In this document: positions 1-10,024 of the stretch, piece after piece
Position numbering within the stretch: position 1 is the first letter of the stretch
Layout: every line of letters begins with the position of its first letter
From: a virus
Lineage: Duplodnaviria > Heunggongvirae > Uroviricota > Caudoviricetes
Length of the DNA stretch: 63,001 bases
Strand: one strand, 5' to 3'
Virus record (IMG/VR): IMGVR_UViG_3300022697_000186
Location: 173,091 to 236,091 of that record
Notes under the pieces: generated by a model
Told to the model about the DNA's origin: nothing
The model's database searches: none
Seen by the model: only the letters and a program-made list of their open reading frames with translations
Made by a program: the position numbers and the translations under genes

Positions 1-42
1 TAAATTTTTACATGGTTTATTACACATCATACAAATTTTCAT
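1..42 (-). CDS. 5' start of a truncated ORF (MKICMMCNKPCKNL...), probably another repeat-array endonuclease copy
   Basis: ATG at 40-42 abuts the topoisomerase stop (TAAATG). The CxxC start resembles MVECKICNKKY / MICEICKREF of the six full copies. Only 14 codons are visible. Confidence 0.5.
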   Translation of the reverse strand, partial: MKICMMCNKPCKNL

Positions 43-1848
43 TTAAATTTTCCATTTACCATTTACTAATTTACGTTTTTCTTCAGGTTTAACCATTAAT
101 TCAAAAACTCTTTCATATTTTTTTGACCAAGTTACAGGAATAAGTTTTCTAGTACTTTCATCTATAGTAAATACTTTTAATTCATCAGGATTAAATTCTC
201 CTAACCCTTTCATTCTCCTAATAGTTTTACCTTCTTTTCTCGCCTTCTCTACGTCTTCTTTTTCCCATAAAGGTGTGAAATTAGAATTATAACCATAACC
301 ATACAGTGGGGTTTTACATACAAATAATTTATTATTTTTAATTATTTGTGGTAATAATTTTGCAAAAAGTATGATTAAAAGTGATGTTATAAAATGACCT
401 GCCGGATCTGCATCAGCAGATAATATAATCTTATTATATCTTAATTTATCTATATTACAATTTTCTTCTATACCACAACCTAACGCTCTAATAATTTCTT
501 CAACTTCTTTATTCTTTAATAAATCTTTTTTAGTCAAACAATTGGGAATAACACCTCTAAGTGGTAAGATAGCATGTTTAGTAGTATCTCTAACTTCAAC
601 TAAACCACCTACTGCTGAATCACCTTCACCTATTAATAGTTCTCCACCTAGTGTAGTACAGTCTCTTAATTTAGTAAATTTAGTAGATGTACGTCCTTTA
701 CTATCAATTATTTTTATTTTCTTTGACTGTATTGATTTTCTATATAATTGAAATTTTTCTAATAATATAGTACGTTCTTCTTCGTTTTCTTCAAAATATT
801 TTTTAATTTGAGACTCTAAATTATTCATTATAGATAAATCTGTTTTAGATTCTAACTTAACTTTAACTTGTGCCTCAAATGACGTTTTTATAATTTTAAG
901 ATCTAAATATACTCTAAGTCCTGTTAAACAATCTTCAGGATTAAATGTATATCCATATTTTTTCTTAAGTGATCCAAATACATTCTTTAATATATTATTT
1001 AATTTAATTATATGAGCACCACTATGCACTCTAACTAAATTAACACAAGATAAGATTTTGGGTGTTACTGGATTATAATCATCCCATGCAAGTTTAAGTC
1101 TACAACTTTCAACTTTCTTTTTACTTTCAAAATTAGCCCACTTAACAGGATTCTTAGTTAAATAATCAAGAATCATTTCTTGTTCAGTTCCATGTATTAC
1201 TTTATCTTTATTATCTACTCTAAATACAATTTTTAATTTAGGATAATTTGCTGCAGCAATTCTTAATCTTTCTTCTATTGTTTTTAAATCCACTTCAATA
1301 CTAGAAAAATATTTTTTACTAGGCCATACTGTAACTTTAGTTGAAAAGGGTGGTTCATCTTTAAATTTTTTAACATCTCTAGTTATATCACCTTTAGAAT
1401 TAAATTTATATAGTGCATGTTTATTATCACGATATATTTCAATTTCCATTTTATCACTTAAAGCAAACGCACACACAATGCCTATGCCATGAAGTCCACT
1501 TGCTATTTGATATGCACTACCTTCATCACCCTTTTTAAATTTACCAGAAGTAAATAATTTAGTAGATGCTAGCACAGGTGGATCTTGTTCTAATGGTAAT
1601 TTTTCAGAAAAAGGAAAACCTCTACCTGAATCTAAAATTTTAAAATTTTTATTTTTTGTATCTATAAGTACACCTATTATATTAGCATAACCTGCTTGTA
1701 CCTCATCTAAAGAATTATCAAGAATTTCTTCCACTAATCTGGTAGATGTTTCTGTAGAACCAATATACATTCCTGTATTTTGTCTAAGGTGATCTACTTG
1801 AGACATTTCATAAATATGTTCTACATTATAACTCATACTTCTCCTCAA
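43..1848 (-). CDS. gyrB: Type IIA DNA topoisomerase, GyrB/ParE-like subunit (GHKL ATPase + TOPRIM)
   Basis: Motifs GMYIGS, EEILDNSLDE, DSGRG, SGLHGIG, EGDSA, PLRG, DADPAG, RRMKGLGE. Confidence 0.95.
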   Translation of the reverse strand: MRRSMSYNVEHIYEMSQVDHLRQNTGMYIGSTETSTRLVEEILDNSLDEVQAGYANIIGVLIDTKNKNFKILDSGRGFPFSEKLPLEQDPPVLASTKLFTSGKFKKGDEGSAYQIASGLHGIGIVCAFALSDKMEIEIYRDNKHALYKFNSKGDITRDVKKFKDEPPFSTKVTVWPSKKYFSSIEVDLKTIEERLRIAAANYPKLKIVFRVDNKDKVIHGTEQEMILDYLTKNPVKWANFESKKKVESCRLKLAWDDYNPVTPKILSCVNLVRVHSGAHIIKLNNILKNVFGSLKKKYGYTFNPEDCLTGLRVYLDLKIIKTSFEAQVKVKLESKTDLSIMNNLESQIKKYFEENEEERTILLEKFQLYRKSIQSKKIKIIDSKGRTSTKFTKLRDCTTLGGELLIGEGDSAVGGLVEVRDTTKHAILPLRGVIPNCLTKKDLLKNKEVEEIIRALGCGIEENCNIDKLRYNKIILSADADPAGHFITSLLIILFAKLLPQIIKNNKLFVCKTPLYGYGYNSNFTPLWEKEDVEKARKEGKTIRRMKGLGEFNPDELKVFTIDESTRKLIPVTWSKKYERVFELMVKPEEKRKLVNGKWKI

Positions 1849-1856
1849 AAAGGCTC

Positions 1857-1936
1857 GGGTGTAGTGTGTAGGTTTAAGCCCCTCACGGCTAAACTATTAT
1901 ATAGTTTAATTGACATAATATAACGTCACTACACCC
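1857..1936 (-). ncRNA. tRNA-like cloverleaf / structured intergenic element
   Basis: Perfect 10-bp closing inverted repeat (1857-1866 with 1927-1936) enclosing three small hairpins. No CCA end and no canonical TTC loop. Confidence 0.4.
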
Positions 1937-1947
1937 TTGCTAAAATT

Positions 1948-2658
1948 TTACCAATCGTTTAAATTAAAATCTAAACCTTCTACGCTAGTACTTTGCACAG
2001 GTTGTGCTGGTGTATTTACTGGTGCAGCTGCTTGTACTGGAACCGCATTATCAAATGTTGAACCTACTGGTTCATTTTGTTGATTATTATAATTATTACC
2101 ATTATTCTTTTGTCTTTTTTCTCTATCCTGTTTATTTTTCCATTCAGCTTTAGTTTGACCATCCCAACAAGCTACATTGTAAGGAAGATCCACAAAACCA
2201 TGTTTAATAAATGATATAAATATAGGAAGTTCGTCTGATCTAAATGTATAATTAATAGGTTTAGCTCCAGTAGGTGGAAACAGTGTTAGTGTTAACGTAC
2301 CTGTAGGATTACCATTACTATCTTTAGATCTATTTAACAGCATTCTAGAGGGTCTATTTTCTCTAAAATGAGTTACGTTGTAAGTCTGCTTGTATTCAGC
2401 AGGTGTTTTTGGATCTGGATTACTATATGTTCCGTCAAGTAATCCTGGTATTGCCTGGAATGTTCTATGACATTCCTCGACAGACAATGCAAACCATTGT
2501 GTTCCATTTTCCCAATCATATACTTTTTGACCTTTAGTTGGTCTTCCTTTCATATTAGGATCTAATGTAGGTGCCATAGATATTTGAATTGTAGAATTCA
2601 AATATGACACACCTAAATCCAACATCGATGTTCTGGGGTTATAAAACTTTAATGACAA
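1948..2658 (-). CDS. Putative single-stranded DNA-binding protein
   Basis: Globular N-terminus, N/Q/P/A-rich linker and acidic-aromatic C-terminal tip (LDFNLNDW); next to the topoisomerase. Architecture only. Confidence 0.45.
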   Translation of the reverse strand: MSLKFYNPRTSMLDLGVSYLNSTIQISMAPTLDPNMKGRPTKGQKVYDWENGTQWFALSVEECHRTFQAIPGLLDGTYSNPDPKTPAEYKQTYNVTHFRENRPSRMLLNRSKDSNGNPTGTLTLTLFPPTGAKPINYTFRSDELPIFISFIKHGFVDLPYNVACWDGQTKAEWKNKQDREKRQKNNGNNYNNQQNEPVGSTFDNAVPVQAAAPVNTPAQPVQSTSVEGLDFNLNDW

Positions 2659-2669
2659 TTAGTTATCTC

Positions 2670-3368
2670 CTATTCAATATTTACATTTATTTTTTCTTCT
2701 TCTACTTTAGCTGCAGCTTCTTTCATTTGGTCTTTATAATGTTCTTCATATGTTTTCTGAATAATTTGTTTTTGATTCTTCGTAGTAGTATGATCTTGTT
2801 TATTTTCTATTAATTCAGTAATTTCCCAAGTAAATCTTATTCTCTGATTGTGAAGATTTAAATTCTTCTGTGTACCTTTAGCTATAGGTATAAATAATGC
2901 TCTGTATGAAAATAAACTTCTAATATCTATTTTCGTTTGTTCTACTGTTGGAACTTTAAAATCAATATTCCCAAATGTAAATGGAATTATTTTACTAATC
3001 CATAAATCAGATGGAACTTTTGTAAATTTAGTTGCAAAAGGTGGTGAATCAATAATTAAAAGTGTTCTACTTTTCTCATTATATACAAACATAGCGTGAC
3101 CTGCAGCATATAATTTTAAGGAATTAATTGAACCTAAATTAATTATCTCTGAACAATAAGCAGCTTCTTGTAAGGCTTTTAATGCTTTATGTTTTTTGCA
3201 TCTTGCTGGATCTTCTTTACATCTGAGACATTCTCTCTCAACCCATGTCTTTTCATTTATTAAAGAAAACTCATTAATAATATTCTTAATTACATCTGTA
3301 TTTAAAAGTAATTTTGCAATAGTGCCTTCATGTACAATACCTTTTCCAATTAACGTAGAAATTCTCAT
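2670..3368 (-). CDS. Hypothetical protein with a Cys/His cluster (CLRC..C..H)
   Basis: 232-aa ORF with an AGGAG ribosome-binding site upstream. Confidence 0.7.
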   Translation of the reverse strand: MRISTLIGKGIVHEGTIAKLLLNTDVIKNIINEFSLINEKTWVERECLRCKEDPARCKKHKALKALQEAAYCSEIINLGSINSLKLYAAGHAMFVYNEKSRTLLIIDSPPFATKFTKVPSDLWISKIIPFTFGNIDFKVPTVEQTKIDIRSLFSYRALFIPIAKGTQKNLNLHNQRIRFTWEITELIENKQDHTTTKNQKQIIQKTYEEHYKDQMKEAAAKVEEEKINVNIE

Positions 3369-3435
3369 TCTGTCTCCTATATAATCTTTGGTTATTAATT
3401 AATGTTGTGATAATTTTAAAATTTTTAAGTTTAGT

Positions 3436-3720
3436 TTAATCAGTTGGTTTATCTGCTCCTTTATTTTCTTCTTGATCTGCTCTTTGTTGTATTCCTGAAT
3501 CAACAAATTCAATTTTAAACTTTGGACCAGTAAGATCAATCTTAGCATTCTGTAGTTTATGTAATCCAATAGTTCTCATATATATTAACAAATCCGCAGG
3601 TGGATTTTCTACTTCAACAGTCATATTATTCGCGAATTTCATATACATATTAGTTGATCCAGGATCAAATCCTATTAATTTACCTTTTAACTCCAAACCA
3701 TTAGTCACTAGTTCTAACAT
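3436..3720 (-). CDS. Hypothetical protein
   Basis: 94-aa ORF with AGGAG upstream. Confidence 0.7.
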   Translation of the reverse strand: MLELVTNGLELKGKLIGFDPGSTNMYMKFANNMTVEVENPPADLLIYMRTIGLHKLQNAKIDLTGPKFKIEFVDSGIQQRADQEENKGADKPTD

Positions 3721-3933
3721 ATTTTTCTCCTGAATTATTATAAATACTTAATATACACGACACATAATCCTTTCTAATAAGTATATTATTTTAATTAGTT
3801 GTGCCCCAAAAATTAAAAAATTTAAAAAAAATAAAATTTTAAGTCTGATTAAATACAGACTCTCCAATATACCTAGTATATCGAAGATTATTCACTATGA
3901 ATTAAAACAAAAAGTTGCAAAACTAATTATTCT

Positions 3934-3950
3934 AATATTTAATATATATA
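3934..3950 (-). promoter_or_regulatory. Candidate phage promoter, class A (TATATATTAAATATT)
   Basis: Identical 17-mer at 22692-22708; both are intergenic and upstream of gene blocks. Confidence 0.5.
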
Positions 3951-3957
3951 CTGAATT

Positions 3958-4446
3958 TTAATCGCTTGTATAATCTGATTGAGATTCACGAACCAATACA
4001 TTCAAGAATATACTTAAACTCTCATTATCAATATCTCTTATAGCGATTCGTAGTAATTTAGATGCGTTCATTTCTATCAATAATTTCTTTAATTCAACTC
4101 TAGATATGGTTAAAGGTATTTTATCATATTCAAATTTTAATACAAGTTTAGTTTTTATAAATAATAAAAGTTTTTTAATTTCAGATGAAAAATCATCAAT
4201 TGAATTTCCTATTGATAAATATGTCTTTAAACTATTTAATGAATATACTTTAATAATTTGCTTTAATACTACTAACCAGAATTGACTATTTCCCTTTTTT
4301 TCAAGTTCATCTAATAGAAATTGTAGTTCATATTTTGAAGTTTTCTTAGTTATAGAAAATAATAAATCTTTAGAATTTAAAAATGCCATTTCCTCTTCTA
4401 CGATACCATAATAAGTTCCTATATCTAATGTATTTGATATACTCAT
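3958..4446 (-). CDS. Hypothetical protein downstream of RNAP beta
   Basis: 162-aa ORF continuing the RNAP gene run. Confidence 0.7.
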   Translation of the reverse strand: MSISNTLDIGTYYGIVEEEMAFLNSKDLLFSITKKTSKYELQFLLDELEKKGNSQFWLVVLKQIIKVYSLNSLKTYLSIGNSIDDFSSEIKKLLLFIKTKLVLKFEYDKIPLTISRVELKKLLIEMNASKLLRIAIRDIDNESLSIFLNVLVRESQSDYTSD

Positions 4447-4461
4447 AATTAAATTTCCATA

Positions 4462-7400
4462 TTAAGTTGCTTCTAAATGAATTGCCATCATCATTTGCGT
4501 TAATAAATCTTTTTCTGGGTTTGTTGTAGCTGGCCTAAATCTAGTTTTACCTGTTTGTATAATTTCAGAAATCATCACGTTCTTAGTAGAATGGTCGGAA
4601 CTTAATGGACCAAAAAATTCTTCAATCATATAAGGTGCATTCCAAGCTAATAAACTATACATATCATACTCAGATACCTTTTGACCACCATCTCTTTTCT
4701 TTCCTTGTGTAGGTCCAAATGTTTTACCTGTATATGGTCCAGTTCCCCTAGATGCCATTTTTTTATCTGCAAGATGTTCTAATTTATGTACATATGCAAG
4801 TCCTACTGCTACAGGTTTTGTTTTCTTTTTATATTCAGGTAAAAATAAAGGTATTCTTGGAGACAAACCTAATAAAGTCATAGCCTTTAATATATCTTCT
4901 CTAGCTGGACTTTTAAATGGTGGAATTATAATTGGTATGTAACCTCTATTTTTAATTTGTCCAATTATTTTTTGGTAGTTTTTATCAGATAAGGATTTAA
5001 ACTTTTTAAATACATTTCTACTATATTCTTTATTTCTAGTACCATCCATTAATTTTAAAACTCTTTCATATATAGATGTAAATCCACCTCTAGGCATACT
5101 ACCTGCTAATGATCCTAATTTTTTAGCTATCATTCCGGTATGTAATTCTAACATTTGACCACTATTCATCCTGTTAATAACACCAATAGGATTAAAGACC
5201 ATATCTATACGTTCACCATCTGGCGTAATGGGCATGTTTTCATCTTTTTCAATTAAACCAATAACACCTTTACCACCATGTCTGTTACTTAACTTATCAG
5301 CTTTCTTTAACTCTAACCTTTGTTCAATATAAAATTCTATCATTATACCTTCAAACTTTTCATTTTTTTCTTTAAATTTTCCTTCAGGATATGATCCTTT
5401 TGCTTTAATATAAAAATCTTTAAATTCTTTATATTGAGGAATTAAAACTTTTGGTATTTTTTCTTCGTTAACATTAGAATATATTTTAATATTATTTATT
5501 ATACCTTCTTTAGATCTTAAATGCTTAAAGGATTCAACATCAGTAGCTTCATCAGAATACGTTATTAATATACCACCCTTTTCCATCTCGTTACCAACTT
5601 TTTCTATAAATACAACATCATGATCTTTTTCTAAATATATAACTTCTTTTTCTATATGTCTTGATGTGAAAAGTTTTGCTATACTTTCAGATACAACTAT
5701 ACCGTCCTCAAAATTATATCCTTTCCAAGGCATATAAGCTGTAAGTACATTTAAACCAGTTGAAATCATACCATTAATTATAGATGCTCCTTCAGATATA
5801 ATTTTGTCTTTTTTGACTTTATCCCCAACAGATACTAAATGTTTAAATTCACTTAATCCAGATTTACCTTGACCACTTTTTAGTTCTCTAGCAGTTGTAT
5901 CTATATTATGTTTTTTACCTTTACTATCTCTAATTGTAATTAAGTTAGTAGATACTGATATAACAGTACCATCTGCTGGAGATTTTTTAACAAAATTATC
6001 TGATAATAAATTTGTTAATAATGATTCATATCCAGTTTGTACAGCAGCCGGTTGTGGATTAGCTAATGGTATAGATTGTTTGCTATGTGCAGTACCCATT
6101 AGTACTCTACAACCATCATTGGATTCTACAAAAGGTATTAGTGCAGGTCCTGTACTAAGTATTTCTGTCGGTTTAACAGTTGAGCTATCTTTAACCATAA
6201 ACATACCTCTATTATTAGACAATGCTACACCAACAGATAAGTGCTGTTGTATACCAACACCAGGACCATCAGGTGTTTCAAGAGGATCAATATTCCCATA
6301 ATAAGTAGAATGTATATTACGTCCAGCCATGGGAAATGTATCTACATTAGATACACCACCAATACCTATTGGTGTAATTCTAGTCATCATAGATAATTCT
6401 TCCATTGGATTTATATTTTCTAATTGTTGTACGTTTTGAGATTGTTGAACTTCACTAAATGCTTTAGTTGGTACAATAGTAAACTGTGCAGTTTTATCAC
6501 CTCTAGCTCTTTTTTCAGCATATTCACTATAAGCTCTAGGTATTTGTTTTTCAAGTATATGAGTAAAAACTTCAGAAGTTCTTATTCTTTGTTTATCAAT
6601 ACCATTTCTATCATCTACTGTTCCTGCTATTACTTCTTTACATATATATTTAATTATAGCTGGTAGTTTAGTAGGATCACCTTTTGATTTTAACACTTCT
6701 ACTTCTATTGGTGTCACTATATTTGTCCATATTTTATCAATACCATTAAAACAATTTCGTGTACCTGTATATTTAATTAAAACCTCCATCCAAAAATCTT
6801 TAGATTTTATATTAAAATTATTAGTAGGCAATGGTATATGTTTAAGTGACTCTACTATTTCTTCTCCAATTTCATCTTTAGTATTAAATACTATATATTC
6901 AGTATTTGATAATTTTATAGAACCAGGAATATTTTCTTTAGATATATAATATGACATCTTAAAATATTTTAACATTTCATCAAAACCTAATAAATAAGCT
7001 AATGGTGCCATTATAGGGAATTTATATCCAGATATATGCATTATTAAATAAGATGTACTTTTTAATCTCTTACTTATAATTGTAATAACACTATATGATG
7101 ATTCAAATTTTCCATGATATGGTTTAAAAAAGAATATAGGATATGTTATTAATTGTGTAACCAATATTTTATTTTGACCATTAACTAAAAAAGTTCCATT
7201 CTCAGTCAGATGTGGGAGATCAATATATAGTTTATGTAACCTTCTATCTTTACCTATAAGTTCTATGTTATATCTATCTATAATTCTTTCTTTTAATTGT
7301 TCAGGACCAGACTTAATAACTTCAGATTTAATACTTTTTAATTTTAATGGTGGATCTAATGTTTCTAAACGTTTAAAAGTAGTAACTATATCTTTCTTTA

Positions 7401-8538
7401 ATAATTTTTTAAAATCATTTTTTCTTTTATCTAATACATGTGTAGGTACTTGATTATCTACTAATGATGATGGTTTAGACATTTTTGTAATTTCATCTGT
7501 TGATGTTGTAGTTACCTTTCTTCTTGGTATCATCATTTCAGAATATGTTCTAATTAATTTCTTTTTCTTTATTGGATCTTTTGCTACTTGTTTGGCTATA
7601 AATTTTGCTTTATCCATATTACCTGTAACATGATAAACTATAGCTGCTGTCATTGTTTCTTCTTTATCTATAGTGTCCACATCACTACTCATCGATGGAT
7701 CAGAATCTAAATAATTTCTAACCACATCTTTTAATATTTCTTGATTTACAATATTAGCTTCTTCTGATATTTCATCATTTTTTATAATAGGAGCATTATC
7801 TTGAGATATTTCACTTGATAAAATATCAACTTCCTCTTCCTCAACTAAATCTTCATCTATACTTTTAAGTTTTTTTAATATGTTTCTAATTCTACCTAAA
7901 TTAGGTTTTTCATTTTTGTCAAATAATAATACATATCTTCGAGACGTATGATCATATACATGTAATAACAATTTATCAAATGGTAATTCTTCAATATTAC
8001 CTTTAACCCAATTAACTAGCATTGAATATATAGGAAATACTTTTCTTTTAAATATTTTATTTGGTATATTTTCATCTAAATTCACAGAATATAATAATAC
8101 TCTTTCAAATGATTCAGTTGAAATATTAGTTGCAGTATTGACAATTCTATTAATATATGATACAGATCTACCTGTATTAAATCTTGTAAAATTAAATTTT
8201 TTAGTAGCATATCTAATAAACGTATTTATATCGTAGAAAAAATTCTTACCAACAAAATCAGAGAACTCACCAGCAAATCCTTTAATTGGTCTAAGTCCAT
8301 GAGCCATAGCTGCTTTTCTATATTCAGAAGTTAATTTGGTTATTGGTTTTTTAGTAGTTGGTACAAATAAATATCTTACATGCTGTTTTTTAATACCCAA
8401 TGATCTATATGATTTTAGAAAACTATCATTTTCAGATACGTAAATAAAACATACATTCTTACCCTCTGGTGTACCGGCTGCTGGTAGTATAAATCCATCA
8501 GTAGGTCTATATAATTTTAATTTACTAAATTGTTTCAA
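4462..8538 (-). CDS. rpoB: Phage multisubunit RNA polymerase beta subunit with long N-terminal extension
   Basis: GTFLVNG, YYGNIDPLETPDGPGVG, RVLMG..QSIPL, GYNFEDGIVVS, DKLSNRHGGKG, RMNSGQ, KLEHLADKK, GGQKVSEYD; TTG start. Confidence 0.95.
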   Translation of the reverse strand: MKQFSKLKLYRPTDGFILPAAGTPEGKNVCFIYVSENDSFLKSYRSLGIKKQHVRYLFVPTTKKPITKLTSEYRKAAMAHGLRPIKGFAGEFSDFVGKNFFYDINTFIRYATKKFNFTRFNTGRSVSYINRIVNTATNISTESFERVLLYSVNLDENIPNKIFKRKVFPIYSMLVNWVKGNIEELPFDKLLLHVYDHTSRRYVLLFDKNEKPNLGRIRNILKKLKSIDEDLVEEEEVDILSSEISQDNAPIIKNDEISEEANIVNQEILKDVVRNYLDSDPSMSSDVDTIDKEETMTAAIVYHVTGNMDKAKFIAKQVAKDPIKKKKLIRTYSEMMIPRRKVTTTSTDEITKMSKPSSLVDNQVPTHVLDKRKNDFKKLLKKDIVTTFKRLETLDPPLKLKSIKSEVIKSGPEQLKERIIDRYNIELIGKDRRLHKLYIDLPHLTENGTFLVNGQNKILVTQLITYPIFFFKPYHGKFESSYSVITIISKRLKSTSYLIMHISGYKFPIMAPLAYLLGFDEMLKYFKMSYYISKENIPGSIKLSNTEYIVFNTKDEIGEEIVESLKHIPLPTNNFNIKSKDFWMEVLIKYTGTRNCFNGIDKIWTNIVTPIEVEVLKSKGDPTKLPAIIKYICKEVIAGTVDDRNGIDKQRIRTSEVFTHILEKQIPRAYSEYAEKRARGDKTAQFTIVPTKAFSEVQQSQNVQQLENINPMEELSMMTRITPIGIGGVSNVDTFPMAGRNIHSTYYGNIDPLETPDGPGVGIQQHLSVGVALSNNRGMFMVKDSSTVKPTEILSTGPALIPFVESNDGCRVLMGTAHSKQSIPLANPQPAAVQTGYESLLTNLLSDNFVKKSPADGTVISVSTNLITIRDSKGKKHNIDTTARELKSGQGKSGLSEFKHLVSVGDKVKKDKIISEGASIINGMISTGLNVLTAYMPWKGYNFEDGIVVSESIAKLFTSRHIEKEVIYLEKDHDVVFIEKVGNEMEKGGILITYSDEATDVESFKHLRSKEGIINNIKIYSNVNEEKIPKVLIPQYKEFKDFYIKAKGSYPEGKFKEKNEKFEGIMIEFYIEQRLELKKADKLSNRHGGKGVIGLIEKDENMPITPDGERIDMVFNPIGVINRMNSGQMLELHTGMIAKKLGSLAGSMPRGGFTSIYERVLKLMDGTRNKEYSRNVFKKFKSLSDKNYQKIIGQIKNRGYIPIIIPPFKSPAREDILKAMTLLGLSPRIPLFLPEYKKKTKPVAVGLAYVHKLEHLADKKMASRGTGPYTGKTFGPTQGKKRDGGQKVSEYDMYSLLAWNAPYMIEEFFGPLSSDHSTKNVMISEIIQTGKTRFRPATTNPEKDLLTQMMMAIHLEAT

Positions 8539-8539
8539 C

Positions 8540-10024
8540 TTATTTTCCTTTATCTACTAATGAAGAACCAAATAACACACTTTCAATAGGACTTTCTGGT
8601 CCTCTATCAGTAATTAAACCTTGATTGATAGCTTTCGAGAAATCTTCGAATGCTAGTCCAAGAGGCCAACTTATAACACCTGGTAATTTTTTAATACTTA
8701 GTAATATAGGATCATATGGTTTTTTAAGACGAGCAAGTATTTGTGGGTTACTTTTATTTCTTAATATATTAGATAGTACTATCTCTAAATGTACACTATC
8801 ATAATTTCTAGTATGAGAAAAGTTTTTCCAAAATTTTAAGAATAGACTTGGAACATCACCCCATGGACTTTTACCACCAACAAAAGAATCAAAGTCTCTA
8901 GCAAGTTTTGTATAATCTTCTTGTTTAGGTTTAACATGAAACATTTCGTCATCTTTATTATAAGTAATAGATATAATGTTATCTGCTACTTCAGTATCTT
9001 CAGTTACATAAACAGTGGTTTCATTCTCTAATCTTACAGAGATATCAACATCATCAATTATTATATCAAAATATCCAGTAGGTAATATGTATTTATTATC
9101 TTCTTGTTTTATTTTAATACCTGACCTTTCAAAAATATTAGTATCAATATTTAAAGTGATAAATTCAGATCTGCATACCATTATTTCTTTAACCTGTTCT
9201 AATGATCTTCTAATTTGATCTTCTAATTTATCATCAATTGTTTCCATAATACTTTTAATTAAATCTAATCTTTCAAGTATAACTGCTCCACCAGTATGAA
9301 AACTATTATGATTTTGAATACAACCTAAAAGGAAATCATTGGTGTTTGTTTTAATGTCATATACATAAGAATTCCAATTAGATGTTTTTCTAGTTCTCAA
9401 AATAGTCACATAATTTTTAATGATTGTGTCAGTTTTTTCTAAATTAATATCAATTGTAAAATAAACTTTATCATCTATATTAATTAAATCTATAGTCGAT
9501 ATAAAACCTACTCTATCACATATTAATTTAATTTGTTGTATCAAATTATAACTTTCAATTTTAATATTTAAAGATTTTGTCACTTTATAAAATAATCTAA
9601 TAAATTTTTCTAACCATTCTTTATCATAATTAATAAAATTTGGTTCCAGTCTTAAAGTTGATAAATTATCATTTCTAACTATTTCTGACTTTATTTCAGA
9701 ATTAATAATTGCACTTACAACATGTTCTTGATTTGATTTAGGAATAATATTATTATCATTTTGAGTAATAGAATTGTCAATCCAAATTTTGTCATTAATC
9801 TCTAAAGTTTTAGCTTCAATTTCTAAAATTTCTTTATTTCTACTAATAAATAAAGGATGATTTTCTTGACAAAATATTGTATGACCTGTTTCTGTAATTA
9901 ATAATAACATATCACATACTGGTAAATGTCTCTGTATAGAACTTGTAGTAACGGCACCACTTTGTCCTTGTATTTCAGTTACTAAATCAATAGTTTCTAA
10001 TTGTATATTTTCTTCTACTATCAC
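8540..10024 (-). CDS. rpoC: Split intein C-fragment fused to RNAP beta' C-terminal part
   Basis: Intein motifs GHTIFCQENHPLF and VYDIKT..QNHN, followed by SFHTGG (RpoC TFHxGG) and later DSVHLEIVL and LAFE. Confidence 0.9.
   Translation of the reverse strand: MIVEENIQLETIDLVTEIQGQSGAVTTSSIQRHLPVCDMLLLITETGHTIFCQENHPLFISRNKEILEIEAKTLEINDKIWIDNSITQNDNNIIPKSNQEHVVSAIINSEIKSEIVRNDNLSTLRLEPNFINYDKEWLEKFIRLFYKVTKSLNIKIESYNLIQQIKLICDRVGFISTIDLINIDDKVYFTIDINLEKTDTIIKNYVTILRTRKTSNWNSYVYDIKTNTNDFLLGCIQNHNSFHTGGAVILERLDLIKSIMETIDDKLEDQIRRSLEQVKEIMVCRSEFITLNIDTNIFERSGIKIKQEDNKYILPTGYFDIIIDDVDISVRLENETTVYVTEDTEVADNIISITYNKDDEMFHVKPKQEDYTKLARDFDSFVGGKSPWGDVPSLFLKFWKNFSHTRNYDSVHLEIVLSNILRNKSNPQILARLKKPYDPILLSIKKLPGVISWPLGLAFEDFSKAINQGLITDRGPESPIESVLFGSSLVDKGK
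9305..10024 (-). mobile_element. IntC of atypically split intein (240 aa) with degenerate LAGLIDADG-like remnant
   Basis: Block B-like (HTIFCQENHPLF), block F (VYDIKT) and terminal His-Asn, with Ser+1 at 9302-9304. Confidence 0.85.
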
